Positions 23,721 through 37,051 of a stretch of 64,000 nucleotides of DNA are shown here, in pieces. Below the pieces are notes generated by a model. The model saw only the letters and a list, made by a program, of their open reading frames with translations. It was not told where the DNA came from and ran no database searches. Each line of letters begins with the position of its first letter. The stretch's first letter is position 1. The stretch comes from Squalus acanthias (lineage: Eukaryota), in the NCBI GenBank assembly GCA_030390025.1, contig CM059432.1, positions 12,524,001-12,588,000 of the forward strand, read 5' to 3'. The translations under genes and the position numbers were made by a program.

Positions 23721-25564
23721 TGTATTTTTCTATGTTTCTAACAATCACTATTTACAGAACTGTAATGACAATTGGTGTGTGAACTGTGATTTTATTCTAA
23801 ATTTAATGGGATAGATACATGGAGAATTTAATAAAAAGTAATGATTTACCTTACAAGGTGCTTGCTAAGTGTAGCAGGCTGCTAAACTTTCCATACCTCC
23901 ATTATAAGTTTCCTGTACCTGCAAAGTCTTTCATGTGCTTAACTGTTAAAAATGCAGATTGTGTTTGCAGCAGATATCACTAGGTTAGTAGCCCATTTCA
24001 CCTGAATTACCTCCATTACAAAGGTCATCAGAAGACATGCAAGACCTGACAATTGGAGCCATGGATACACAAGTACAAAATTAGTAAACATGTAGTTAAA
24101 GTCCAGATTAAAGGACATCTGTTCCCTTACAGAGTAGTGGAAATTTGAAACAGACTCCCAGCAAAGTCTCAAAGATCATTTCAGATGAAGGCGCTTCAGC
24201 TTATTTGATCTCAACCTTGCACAATAACAAGTCTACTCTCTCTTCACTGCAGCATCTGGCTGCTTCTTCAATGAGTCCAGGATCTGGCCTCAATGGTTAT
24301 TCCTAGCAACCCTTTCCAGTTGTTAGTCACCCTCTGTGTAAAGAAATACTTCTTGAAGACTCGATTAAATTGCCCTTCACAACCTTGAACCTGTGCCTCT
24401 CATTCTGCTGCATTTACATATCCCAAAAGTTTATGTCACCAATCCTATTAAATATCTTGCACGTTTCTATTAGGTCCCATCTTTTCAAGAAGAAAACGTT
24501 CCATTCTATGTAGCTGTTCTTTGTAGCTCATCCATTGGATAGCTGCATTATGTCATGGCAACTAGATCTGGATGCAGTAATCCACATACAGCCTAACCAG
24601 AGCCTTGAACAGTTCAGCATGATTTCTACAAAATGGAACGTAATTGATTTGGCAATGTAGCCCAGTATTCTGTTCTCTTTGTTAATTCCTGCCTCACACT
24701 CTTTGTATATAATGAAGGATTAACACCCTTTAGGTCTCTTTCAATTTCCCACTTGCCAAATTCTTTCTTGCCCACAGTTAATGCTATGTTGATTACATTC
24801 TTTAAGAAGAGCGCTGGGAGAGGGCAGTTCCCCAATTGCCTCTCGATGAAGCTCTAAGCGAGAAGGTCCCCAGATTCAATAGCTGATTTCAGCTGGCGGG
24901 CAGCAATTGAGGCACTAGAAATGTCCTCAGTATCCTGGGCTAGGGAATAATAACATCAACCAAGGTTCCCATGACTGATTATTATCCACTGATCAGAATG
25001 GAAAGTGCACACATGTGGAGACTTGATGAAGACACAGTTGGGATTGACTGTGATGCCATTCAATAGGAGGGGAGAACGTCGGTTTAATAAAAGAGCTCGA
25101 TAGGTTTCCCATGCTGTTTGTGGGTTCTTCTTGTCTGCAGATTGGCTGGCGCATTTGCCTACAAAACAACTTGACTACACTACAAGAGTAATTCACTGGG
25201 TGTTAAGTGCTTGAGGGACATTCTGAGGACATGCTATATAAATGCAAGGCTTTCTTTTTTTTCTTGCATAGAATTACTAGTAAGTGGTGTCTAATTAATT
25301 ACATTCGACAGTTCAGCCTGAAGTATTCCATAGACAAAGACTGGCTAAAATGACTGATATTGTTTCCCTATAAATAACTAGTTTTTTTTGTACATATGGG
25401 TATAACCACTTCTCTACTCTTTTGGTTAATCAATAAGGATTATTAAATCATCAATCAGGAACCTTAAACCATAAGTGTCCCCTTTTTAAAGTTTATAAGT
25501 TCCAAACTATGACAAAACTGACATAAAATATTTTCAAATTATAATTTTGTTCACTATGCACTCT

Positions 25565-26760
25565 AGTCATAGAGTAGAGTCATAACGGCACAAAAGGAGG
25601 CCATTCGGCCCATCGAGTCCGTGCCGGCTCTCTGTAGAGCAATCCAGTCAGTCCCATTCCCCCGCTCTATCCCCGTAGCCCTGCAAGTTTATTTCCCTCA
25701 AGTGCCTATCCATTCTCCCCTTGAAAACATTGAGTGCCTCCGCTTCCACCACTTCCGTCGACAGTGAGTTCCAGGTCCTCACTACTCGCTGCGTAAAAAA
25801 GTTTTTCCTCACCTGCCCCCTGTATCTCTTGCCCAAAACCTTAAATCTGTGTCCCCTAGTCCTTGTACCATCAACTAGTGAGAACAGCCTTTCCCCGTCT
25901 AGCCTATCCAAACCGGCAAAATTTTGTACACCTCTATCAAAACACCCCTCAACCTCCTTTGCTCTAATGAAAACAAATCCAGCTTCTCCAATCTGTCCTT
26001 GTAGCTAAGATCCCCCATCCCCGGAACCATTCTGGTAAATCTCCTCTGCTCCCTCTCAAGGGCCTTCACATCCTTCCTAAAGTGTGGTGACCAGAACTGG
26101 ATGCAATACTCCAGTTGTGGCCTAACCAGCGCTTTATAAAGGTTCAGCATAACTTCTCTACTTTTGTACTCAATACCTTTATTTATGAAGCCCAAGATCC
26201 CATATGTTTTGCTAACCACTCTCTCAATATGTCCTGCCACCTTCAGAGACCTATGCACATTAACTCCCAGGTCCCTCTTTCCCTGTACACTCTTTAAAAC
26301 TGTGCCATTAAGTGTATATTGCCTTTCCCTGTTCCTTCTGCCAAAATGCATCACCTCACACTTTTCTGTATTAAATTCCATCTGCCACTTGTCTGCCCAT
26401 TCTGCTAGCCTTTCTATGTCCTGTTGCAGTCGATTGATATCATTCTCACTGTTTGCCACACCCCCAAGTTTGGTGTCATTGGCAAATTTAGAAATTCTAC
26501 TCTGTATTCCAATATCCAGGTCATTTATATATATCAAAAAAAGCAGTGACCCCAGCACTGACCCTTGGGGAACACCACTGTCTACCATCCTCCAGTCTGA
26601 AAAACAGCCATTTACCACAACTCGCTGTTTTCTGTCCTTAAGCCAATTCCTTATCCAAGCTGCCACTGGCCCACCTATTCCATGAGCCTCAATTTTGTTA
26701 ACCAGCCTTCTATGTGGTACTTTGTCAATCGCCTTCCGAAAATCCATGTAGACAACATCC
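25565..26760 (-). mobile_element. CR1 RT and 3' UTR, same subfamily as 465-2768
   Basis: 308-aa ORF with [29 protein letters not shown] (catalytic DD mutated to ND) and a frameshift near the end. Confidence 0.95.
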
Positions 26761-26864
26761 TCCCACTTCTCTGGTGAAATAGGGGTTGTGGGGTGGGGGG
26801 AGAGGTGGTGGAACTTGTAGGGCACATAATCCTGAGAAACTCTTTAATCTTCTTTCAAAGACTC

Positions 26865-27222
26865 TTTCAAAATCATGAGGGGTCTAGACAGAGTAGATAG
26901 AGAAAAACTGTTGCCATTGGCGGAAGGGTCGAGAACCAGAGGACACAGATTTAAGGTGATTGGCAGAAGAACCAAAGGCGACATGAGGGAAAACTTCTTT
27001 ACGCAGCGAGTGGTTAGGATCTGGAATGCACTGCCTGAAAGGGTGGTGGAGGCAGATTCAATCGTGGCTTTCAAAAGGGAATTGGATAAGTACCTGAAGG
27101 AAAAAAAATTGCAGGGCTACGGGGAAAGGGCAGGGGAGCGGGACTAGCTGAAGTGCTCTTGTAGAGAGTCGGCACGGGCTCAACGGGCCAAATGGCCTCC
27201 TTCAGTGTTGTAACCATCCTAT
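26865..27222 (+). mobile_element. CR1 3' end
   Basis: MRGLDRVDREKL..RTRGHRFKV..FFTQRVVRIWNALP. Confidence 0.92.
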
Positions 27223-28152
27223 GTGGCCGAAACGTTTGGGTCACTTCTCAAACTGGGGAACTATGGTTGGTGCATGGTGTATGCTATGATTGAATTCAAG
27301 AGAAGCAGAGTTACTTAAAAGTGGAGCAAAATTCATACAATAATAGAGAAAACCCTATAAAATAACACTCAATGTTAAACCAAACTAGCTATTTAGCATG
27401 GTGCCCAATCTACACCCTAGAACTTCACTGCAATGACAATTTTAACTGGTGACCACAAATGTATTTAAAGCCCTACTTAAGCTGCAAATTCACATTTGTT
27501 GCAGATTTACAGCTGAACTGCACTGCGTGTTCTCAAGATCATATTTCAAACTATAAACTCAAGCTCCTTGACCTTAGAGCAGGGCTGGGCTGTGGTGCAG
27601 GAGATTCCCATTAGACTGGTATAAACACCTGATGCAAATCTCCTGCCAATTTCTGCAAGAAAAGGACAAACTCAGCACATGTGCCAGGACTAGTAATTTA
27701 ATACCATTCAGCGCATGAACTGTATCGAATCGTCCCTTGGTCAGGTCATTCTAACGTGAGCTGAATGCAACCTGTGCACAGCCTACAGTATAGACAGGGT
27801 ATCAAGGGCTACTTTGATCTAGGTTCACTATTTATGACTTTATAGCTAGTGAAACTAGTAGTTCTGAGGAAAATTGGCTGCTTAAGGCACAGCTTTTCAA
27901 CTTAGTTGACCAGAGGGTTCTACATGGATTAGTTTCCAGTACTACTGCATTTCTAAGATTAAAGCGCAGTTAGAATTCAACAGATACATTACTGGTTTAC
28001 CAAGAAATGTGCTCGGATCAGAATTTCTAAATAACATTAGTCAATTAGTAAATCACTGTACCACAGAACTTTGATCATTTGTTCAGCAATTTAGTCTAAC
28101 TGAAAACAATAGAAAATACTAAACAAAAACATCTTGTGCATATTAAAGATCT

Positions 28153-29046
28153 GGGGGGGAAAATTTAGTTGGTTTGCGCCTCTTGTTAGTGCCTTAAGAG
28201 GGCGTTAATGGGGTGCAAAGCAACTAGCGCCCGTGGGCGGCGATGTTTGCGCCGCTCACGAAATTAACTAGACATTTTGCGGCGGCGCTAAACAGTACCG
28301 CCACGATCTCCTGCGCCTGGCAGATCGTGACGTCAGTCGAGTGCGCAACGCCCCGGTAGCGCCCCGGAGCGGATATTGAGTGCCACCCCCTGCCTTACCG
28401 CCTGCCGCTAGCAACGACAGGTTGAGGGGAGCGTTTTGCAGTCAGGAAGGGACTGGGGGAGCGTTATTTAAAGGCGACCGCTTCCTGCCTTTTTTTGTTG
28501 GTGACATTTTTGCACCACGCATTCTGAGAGAGAGAGAGAGAGAGACTTCTGGAGAGATTCAACACTGTGTGAAGGAGTTTTGGGTACTGAGCAGCACTTT
28601 GCAGGTTCATTTTGATTTGCCCTTGTATCGATTTAGAAGAGACAGTGGGGGCTGCACTTTGAGCTCTTTCCCTGGGCCTCTCCATTGTTCTTTCCAGCAG
28701 ATTTGATGTACAGGTCTCTCCAGGCCGGGATTCAAGGCTGCAATGAGCAGGATGTGGATGGAGAGCAAGATCAACCCTCCCCTTTAAGAACTGGCCGGCG
28801 CCAGTGTGTCTGTGTTCCATTGCTGACTGACCTCACATGAGCTTCGCCAGCGCTCTGAGGTAGCGCCTCGCTCCTCGGCCTTTGCGCCTTAAGATAGGTG
28901 TGAAGCGCCTGATTTAGCGCTCCAATCACCTCCAGGGGCGATAGAAGCCAAGTTTGCAGTCGGAGGCGATAATTAGCGCCAGGCGCTAAACTTTGCGCAC
29001 GGCCGATAATTGCGCGCCAAACGGGGCGATACTGAATTTTTCCCCC
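28153..29046. mobile_element. Non-autonomous Harbinger-type element related to MITE family A
   Basis: Ends GGGGGAAAATT...AATTTTTCCCCC. The left ~250 bp resembles 56933-57120 (TTGCGCCTC..TTAGTGCCTTAAGAGGGCG..TGACGTCA); the core is different. Confidence 0.7.
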
Positions 29047-29439
29047 TTGGCGTTTAAATGCATTTTGTCTCTTGGGGAAGTTTGGCAGTGGGTTGACTTT
29101 ATTTAGTGCCTGAGTGTTAAAACAAAAGCAAATAGCCAAGGCATATGTTATGCAAGACAAAGGAATTCTATACAATAGGAGTGAATGGGAAGTGGCTCTC
29201 TTCATTAGAATTCTATACATTGACACTGTATGGGAACTGCTTTGATCCATTGGGAATTCTGTATACCAGAAGTGAAAGCCAAATGTCAGTTTTTGCACAG
29301 ATGGTAGCACTCTTGCCTTTGGGTCTGAAGGTTGTTGGTTTGAATTCCATGCTCAGAATTGAGTGCCTAACCTCAGTCGACACTCCAGTGCCATGGTGCA
29401 TTGTCAGTAGTGCTGTCCTTTGCCTTTGAATGAGATACT

Positions 29440-30073
29440 GGCCCTGATTTTGTCGTGAGCGGCGAAGGAACGGCGCTTGCCGTTCATTACGCTTACATCT
29501 GCCCATAGACTTTTCATGGGCTTTTGCACGGCAGCTTCCTGTCATTGCGAGTCTGATACAGCTCTCTATAGGGATCTGTGGCATGTGTGAGTAGGGCAAA
29601 CAACAGCGTGTCTCTTCAACCAAAAGATGGGATTAAGAGAGAAAGATAAAAGAGACCGAAAGCGAAAGTAAAAAAATACAATATTTTCTTTTTCTTTTTA
29701 GATTTTTTAAAATCTCCAACAATAATAAAATTCTGAAGGAATGAGACTCCACACTTGTAAAAGTAAATATTCAGTGCCAAGGAGGTTGTTTGGCAGTAAT
29801 TAAGACTTATCACGCTGTTAAAAATTCACTTACACCTGAATGGACAAGCCCTAACTTTTTCTGGCGTGTTTAGTGGGTAAGTACCCCAACTTCACACCCT
29901 TACGTGGATTTCAATGCCAAGTCTCTCGACGAGGCACCGGTGTAGCGAAGCTTGTGGAGGAGCAGGGAAACTTGGACTGCAACTTTCTGATTTCCGTGTT
30001 TAAGTGCGCATGTGCGGACGCTGGAAGTTGCTGCTGATAGCCTCACTGTTACTCCTATCGCAAAATCTGGGCC
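29440..30073 (-). mobile_element. Non-autonomous Harbinger-type element (family C) inserted in a Deu-type SINE (~29290-30120)
   Basis: ACT|GGCCCTGATTTT...AAAATCTGGGCC|ATT. 29700-29860 is a reverse-complement homologue of 40190-40340. Confidence 0.7.
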
Positions 30074-30411
30074 ATTAACTGGCATCCTGACTGCCTATTC
30101 AGGTGGATATAAAAGCTGTAATGGGAAGAATGTAGGGTTGATTTGTGAAAGGAACAGACCAAATGTCCTTTTTTATCCAAACTAATCTTGTGACTGTATA
30201 GGAAGTGGTTTCATCTGCTGGAATTTCATACAATGGGAAATTACTTTGCTCATTTGAATGCTATTTAATATGATTGAATGGGATGGAGATTAGAATTTAA
30301 TCATAGATCAGAAAGTATCCCTGGATCAAATATCTGTTTCTCTGGTGTTGATCATATCTGCCAAATGGAACGATTTTAATTTAACATAGTTTCAGAATTT
30401 GATTAGTATTT

Positions 30412-30677
30412 AACATCACCCCTGTGCTCGCTGACCTACATTGGCTCCCAGTCCGGCAACGCCTCGATTTTAAAATTCTCATCTTTGTTTTCAAATCCCT
30501 CCATGGCCTCGCCCATCCCTATCTGTGTAACCTCCTCCAGCCCTACAACCCTCCAAGGTCTGTGCTCCTCCAGTTCTGCCCTCTTGCGCACCCCCTGATT
30601 TTCATCGCTCCACCATTGGCAGCAGTGCCTTCAGCTGCCTGGGCCCCAAGCTCTGGCATTCCCTCCCTAAATCTTTC

Positions 30678-30712
<35 letters not shown>

Positions 30713-30745
30713 CTTTAAGATGCTCCTTAAAACCTACCTCTTGGA
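30412..30745 (+). mobile_element. L2 LINE 3' fragment
   Basis: ITPVLADLHWLPVRQRLDFKILIFVFKSLHGLA.PYL, the L2 RT C-terminus. Confidence 0.88.
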
Positions 30746-31825
30746 CTATTTTTTTTTTAAGTGATTAATCTACAACATCTCTAACTCTCCTGATCGCACC
30801 TCCTTCAGATCAGCTGGATTCCATACATGACAGACAGCATGTATTGTCGGTTGATTTACCGTGAGTTAGTTGGAAATGGGAGGGTGTAGGAGGACATGAA
30901 CATACAGCTGAAATTTGCTCAGCCACTCGAGGCTCAAAATGATGGTCCTGGTAAAGTGGAGTAGTGACATTCCACTTGAAATCTATTATAAAAATCATAC
31001 TTTTAAGTAGAAGATGGTTGGTGATAGAATTGCAATATCACAGATTCTTCTTTCAACAATGGCAATTAAGGAAAACTGAAACATCAAACCACTTGCAACA
31101 TTGAAAGTGTTAATGGACCTTCTGCTAAAATTCTTATACTAGGTTTCTTGTTGTCATCAGTTGTTGTCTACATAATTTATTTGCATTTTAAATGAGAATG
31201 AGTACGTGTATCAAGGACTGCGTGTAGAGTGCGAGAACAATGACCTCACACCAATGTCTTGCCAAACCAGTTTCTAGTGTGTGCAAATCCACCACAATCG
31301 GGCACAAAATTCCCCGTAATTGGGCTCTAATTGTGCACGCGGAGATATCACCAGAGGGACGGATTTCCTCTATTCACTAATTGTTAACACATTCTTTCCA
31401 AGCATGCTTGTGATTTTGCTACGGATGGTAAATAGAGGAAACCTACTCCTGAGGATAGCCAGTGTGGAAGAAAACAGATGTTACACTGGTGCGGTAAAGG
31501 AGCACGTTGGTGGGGCAATGTAGAGATGACTCAGTCTGCATCTCAGCCATGCTATACCCAACCTGGGAATGCTTGCTAATGACACTGGAGGTAACAAGAG
31601 GAAAACGTTCTTTTCACAAGATTGCCTTAATTGAAGAAATCTAAATTCATCTCCACCCCATGGGTGCCAATAATGCGGTCAGAGGTCCAATAAGCTCAAC
31701 ATGGAACAACACGCACTCCACGCCCTGTCAGCACATTGCGTCTTTGTAATAAATGTGTACAAAGTTTATTTTATTCTAATTAGGTCAAAGCCCCATTATA
31801 CAGCAGAAACACCTACAAAGCACTT

Positions 31826-32972
31826 CATAAGAACAGAAGATATAAGAACATAAGATGTAGGAGCAGGAGTAGGTTATTTGGCCCCTCGAGCCTGCTCCAC
31901 CATTCAATAAGATCATGGCTGATCTGATCTTGGCCTCAACTCCACTTCCCTGCCCGCTCCCCATAACCCTTGACTCCCTTACCTTTAAAAAATCTGTCTA
32001 TCTCCACCTTAAATATATTGGCCCAGAAATTGATCTCGCTCTGTTCCCGCGGGGGTAAGCCTTCCCCGCGATGTCTCACCTCGCTTATGCTTTTTCTGAT
32101 CCAGCTAGCACGAAATTGATGTTCCAGACATCAGTTGTGCTGGGCTTGCGTATCCCAGCGGCGTAGTTAATTCGTGCGAGCTGTGGGATCACGTGACTCA
32201 GTTAGAGCCAATGGCAGCACACCATCTTCCATTCATAAGTCTCACAGCATGGCTGTGAGACTTATGAATCTTACACCCCCCCAAAATAACAGCTAAACCT
32301 CAATTAAATTAAAAAAAAAAACCATCACATTAATAAAATAAGTACAGTTAATTAAATTAACCATTTTAAATAAAAAATTAAATTTTTGAAAAAATTTAAA
32401 ATCTTTTAAAAAGTTATAAAAATAAACTTACCTGTCTTTAAAGTCTATAAAAAAAGATATACCTGTAAAAAAAAATTCAAAAAAATACTTAATTCACTAC
32501 TTACCTTCTTAAAAGCGGGTCTTACTCCTCCTTTTTACATTTCCAAAATCTTCCCTACTTACCTGCGCGTCCAAAGCATGAAGTGCACAGCGTGCGCGCA
32601 GCCTGTAGCGCGCACGGGATGCAGCCAGGCCCCGCCCCCTTTTCGGAAGAGCAATTGCCGGTTTTCAGCGCATGCGCAGGGCATGCAGAAAACCGGCAAT
32701 TGGAGTGGGAATACGCGAGAGTATGCAGTGCGTACTCTCGCGTCCCGGGATCAATTTTCGGCCCATTAAATGACCCAGCCTCCACAGCTCTCTGGGGAAG
32801 AGAATTCCAAAGATTCACGACCCTCTGAGAGAAGAAATTCCTCCTCATTTCCGATTTAAAAGGGTGCCCCCTTATTCTGAAATTATGCCCCCTAGTTCTA
32901 GATTCCCCCCATGAGGGGAAACATCCTCTCTGCATCTACCCTGTCAAGCCCCTTCAGAATCTTATATGTTTC
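31826..32972 (-). mobile_element. CR1 3' fragment interrupted by a family B MITE
   Basis: The host reads TTAAATATATT|..|AAATGACCCAGCC across the insert. Confidence 0.88.
32020..32764 (-). mobile_element. MITE family B (Harbinger-type), diverged subfamily
   Basis: ATT|GGCCCAGAAATT...AATTTTCGGCCC|ATT, a 3-bp TSD inside a known host. Homologous to 45486-46248 and 62917-63680. Confidence 0.88.
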
Positions 32973-34483
32973 AGTTGCTTCGTGCCCATTTTAATGGATT
33001 CATCAAGAAAGGACAGTAAGAAAAATTTACCTTTTCCTTCTGGGTGGTCCTCTCCTTCAAATAGGGCCACCCTTCATTACTGTGCCTCACTTTGCTTGGT
33101 TTCCATTCTGGACCATTCTACCCCAAGCCACTGTTGTTTCCCCATAAACTGGCACAGCTTTAAGGTTCAAGATAGATCAGGAGTAAAAGTTCTCGATTGG
33201 GGAAAGACCAATTTTACTAAGCTGAGATGTGATTTAGCAAAAGTGGACTGGAAACAGCTACTTGATGGTACATCAGTGCCAGAGCAGTGGGAGGCATTCA
33301 AGGAGGAGATAGTGAGGGTTCAGAGCAAATATGTTCCCACAAAGAAAAAGGGTGGGACTCCCAAGTCTAGAGCCCCCTGGATGCCAAGGGGCATACAGGA
33401 TAGGATAAGGCAAAAAAGGGAAGCTTATGTCAGATACCGAGAGCTAAATACTGCGGAAAGGCTAGAGGAGTATAGAAAGCGCAGGGGTGAAATTAAAAAG
33501 GAAATTAGGAAAGCAAAGAGAGAGCATGAAAAAATATTGGCAAGTAAAATCAAAAATTATTATGAAAAAATATTGGCAAGTAAAATCAAGGAAAACCCAA
33601 AGATGTTTTATAAATACATAAAGAGCAAGAGGATTACTAAAGAAAGAGTAGGGCCTATTAGAGACCAAAAAGGAAGCTTGTGTGTGGAGGCAGAAGATGT
33701 GGGTATGGTTCTTAATGAATACTTTGCGTCTGTCTTCACAAAAGAGAAGGATGATGCAGACATTGTATTTAAGGAGGAGGAGTGTGAAATATTGGATGAG
33801 ATAAACATAGTGAGAGAGGAAGTATTAAGGGGTTTCGCATCTTTGAAAGTAGATAAATCGCCAGGCCCGGATGAAATGTATCCCAGGCTGTTAAGAGAAG
33901 CAAGGGAGGAAATAGCGGAGGCTCTGACCATCATTCTCCAATCCTCTCTGGCTACAGGTGTGGGGCTGTTGGAGTGCTAATGTTGTACTGTTGTTCGAAA
34001 AGGGAGAAAGGGATAGACCGAGTAATTACAGGCCAGTCAGCCTAACCTCGGTGGTGGGCAAATTGTTGGAAAAAATTCTGAGGGAGAGTATTAATTGTCA
34101 TTTAGAAAGGTATGGATTAATCAAGGACAGTCAGTATGGATTTGTTAAGGGAAGGTCGTGTCTGACGAACTTGATTAAATATTTTGAGGAGGTAACAAGG
34201 AGGGTTGATGAGGGTAGTACATTTGATGTAGTCTACATGGATTTTAGCAAGGCTTTTGACAAAGTCCCACATGGCAGACTGGTCAGAAAAGTAAAAGTCC
34301 ATGGGCTCCAAGAGAAAGTGACAAGTTGGATCCAAAATTGGCTCAGTGGCAGGAAGCAAAGGGTAATGGTCGATGGATGATTTTGTGACTGGAAAGCTGT
34401 TTCCTGTGGGGTTCTGCAGGGCTCAGTACTAAGTCCCTTGCTTTTTGTGGTATACATCAATGATTTAGACTTCAATGTAGGGG

Positions 34484-35200
34484 TGTAAGATGTTCAGATT
34501 GTCTGACAGTTTATAGAGTTCAGACCCGTGGAACAGACAACTCGAGACAAAGATTTCAGGGTAAACTATTCTTTACTTAAAATCAGCAAGAGGTTACAAG
34601 TAAGTACCAAATACAAAACCGTACTCAATTAATTTACTTATTACAAACAAGCACACACGGAGTATACAAAAACAATTCGCACTCAATTCATTTACTTATT
34701 ACAAGCAAGCACGCACGAATCTAAAATCATTTACTTTAAGCTCAAGTGCTCCTAAGCAACCACATGCGTACTAACACCAGTGAGAGGTCAATTCAGCGAT
34801 GACTAGACGTATGGCTTTAACTGGCAACTGACCAGGTCGCCCACGACTTCAGCCGCGAGTGTCAGTCTACAACATCCCTTATACCCCAAAACTTGGCAAC
34901 TCGCCCACAGCATTCATGTCCCGCACTCTGTGAATAGTGTTCTTTTCTCTCTCTCACTTTCTCTCCTATCTGTTCTGATGCTTAGTTAACCAAGGCCAGA
35001 TGTTCAGGGGTTGAAAAAAAGTTGTTTTTGCATCTGAAGATTCTCTCAGAATTTTCAGGATCTTATCTTTTGGAGGAAAAAAAAACAGCTTGCAAGCACA
35101 TCATTTATTTTACAAATGTTTTAGCCAAGCGGTCTCTTGCCCTCAAAGCTTGTCGCTGCATTTGGTCACTTTAGATTCGGTCAAACGGTATATTCTTACA
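34484..35200 (-). mobile_element. Solo LTR (717 bp)
   Basis: GGGG|TGTAAGA...TCTTACA|GGGG: TG..CA ends, 7-bp terminal inversion, 4-bp TSD. The host CR1 rejoins exactly. Orientation is tentative (TATA-like signal on the minus strand). Confidence 0.85.
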
Positions 35201-35635
35201 GGGGGCATGATTAAGAAGTTTGCAGCTGATACAAAAATTGGCCGTGTGGTTGATAGCAAGTAAGAAAGCTGTAGACTGCAGGAAGATATCAATGGACTGG
35301 TCAGGTGGGCAAAAAAGTGGCAAATGGAATTCAATCTGGAGAAGTGTGAGGTAAAGCATTTGGGGAGGGCTAACAAGGCAAGAGAATACACAGTAAATGG
35401 TAGGACACTGAGAAGTGTAGAGGAACTGAGGGACCTTGGAGTGCATGTCCACAGATCCTGAAGGTAGAAGGATAGGTAGATGAGGTGGTTAAGAAAGCAT
35501 ACGAGATACTTGCCTTTATTAGCCGAGGCATAGAATATAAGAGCAGGGAGGTTATGCTTGAACTGTACCAAACACTAGTTAGGCCAAAGCTAGAGTACTG
35601 CGTATAGTTCTGGTCACCATATTACAGGAAAGATG

Positions 35636-37051
35636 TGTAAGATTCTCAAAATTCACAGATCTCACAGATCCCCCAAAACTCAGAGACAAACCCTAAGGAG
35701 AAGGACTTTGGACTCTTTTCTAACTACTTCAGGATGATGAAATGCATTGGGCCTAACCGAAGGACATTTAGAGCAAAAAAAACAAGATTTGGTATTTTTA
35801 AAAGGCATGTTTGGGCTTGTAAAGGAAAAAGGCTGCAACAGGAGTTGGGCTCAACCTCTGTAAAAGACAGTTTGGGTATTGGAGTTAATCAAACTGTCTG
35901 GGGAACCGCATGACCTCACTTGGAGTTAATCGGCCCCTATCAGACATTAACATCCTAACAATAGACCCGAGGAAGAGCAGTCCCCACCCAAATTACAGGA
36001 CCCATCAAAACCATGCATAAAACAGATCACCAGGCCCACTCTATAGAAATCTCAGGCCCAGTCAGGAAACTCGAAACCTGAGCACAATTGACTACAATCA
36101 AGAAACAGCTCAACAGCTCATGGAACCATCCCGAAACCACTTCACACTTTCGTGAACAATTGAAGGCCTGTTTTCTCAAGTTCAAGAGTGGAGCAGTTAC
36201 ACAGTTACAACAATCAGGAGTTCATCGAGTTCAGCAGTTACGGAGTTCAGCAGCTCTAGAAGAAGCAACACACAAGAAGAAACCGGAGCATCGAGACTGG
36301 GGCAGCATTCTACCGTACACCCAAGTTCAACAGCTTCAGTGACCCAGGACATCATCGGACACAGCGCGGCAACAAGAGCCTTACGAAACTACCAACAAAA
36401 TATTACCACCAACCAACCGGGTAATATTGGGCCACCGCGACCAAAGAAAACCAACTCGGGAGAAAACCGAAGACTCACAAGTTTTCCACTCTGCAATCTA
36501 TTCCTGACTTACCCCTGGGTAAGATTTTTACTCAAAAGACTCTAAACCCTAACTCTAACCGAAGAAAAGTGGGTACTCACCCGATACATCCAATACACTC
36601 CCTACCGCATCAGCGGACTCGCGAAGACTGACCAGACACGCAGTTGAAGTCCTCTACTGCGTCCGGGGTATGGCAGGCACCAACCAACACATCCAGTGAA
36701 CCCCGAAACCGCGAACCAGCTCAACTGTCAAGGATTCGTTTGGTGAGCATTATCCCTGGTCCTCTAGAGCCCAACTTAACTAGTAAAGTGTGATTGGGAG
36801 GGGTGAGGTATTTTTCTACTGTAATTTCCCTCGTGTGTATCGAAGTGTTCCCCATTTTATTAGAGTGTTAAGATTGTTGTGTTATATTTTCTCTCTTGAA
36901 TAAAGATCAAAGTTCTTGCACCAAAACCAGTTGTCTGCTGCACTTTTGTCACAACCCCCAAATAAGTCCAAGGTCTAGAACCAAGGGAGTGGGAGCGATT
37001 CGAACTGCTCAGAAGTCAGAGGTGAAGCTGACACACACCACCACCCCTACA
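35636..37051 (+). mobile_element. Solo LTR (1416 bp)
   Basis: GATG|TGTAAG...CCTACA|GATG with a 4-bp TSD and AATAAA near 36900. The host AGGAAAGATGTGATTGCACTAGAG rejoins. Confidence 0.87.

Noticed and set aside
25899..26825. 308-aa RT ORF as an active or domesticated gene
   Set aside because: 5'-truncated, catalytic ADD mutated to AND, frameshifted at the end.
30808..30866. Possible small exon (CAG|ATC..ACC|GTGAGT)
   Set aside because: Short, no recognisable peptide; such sites arise by chance.
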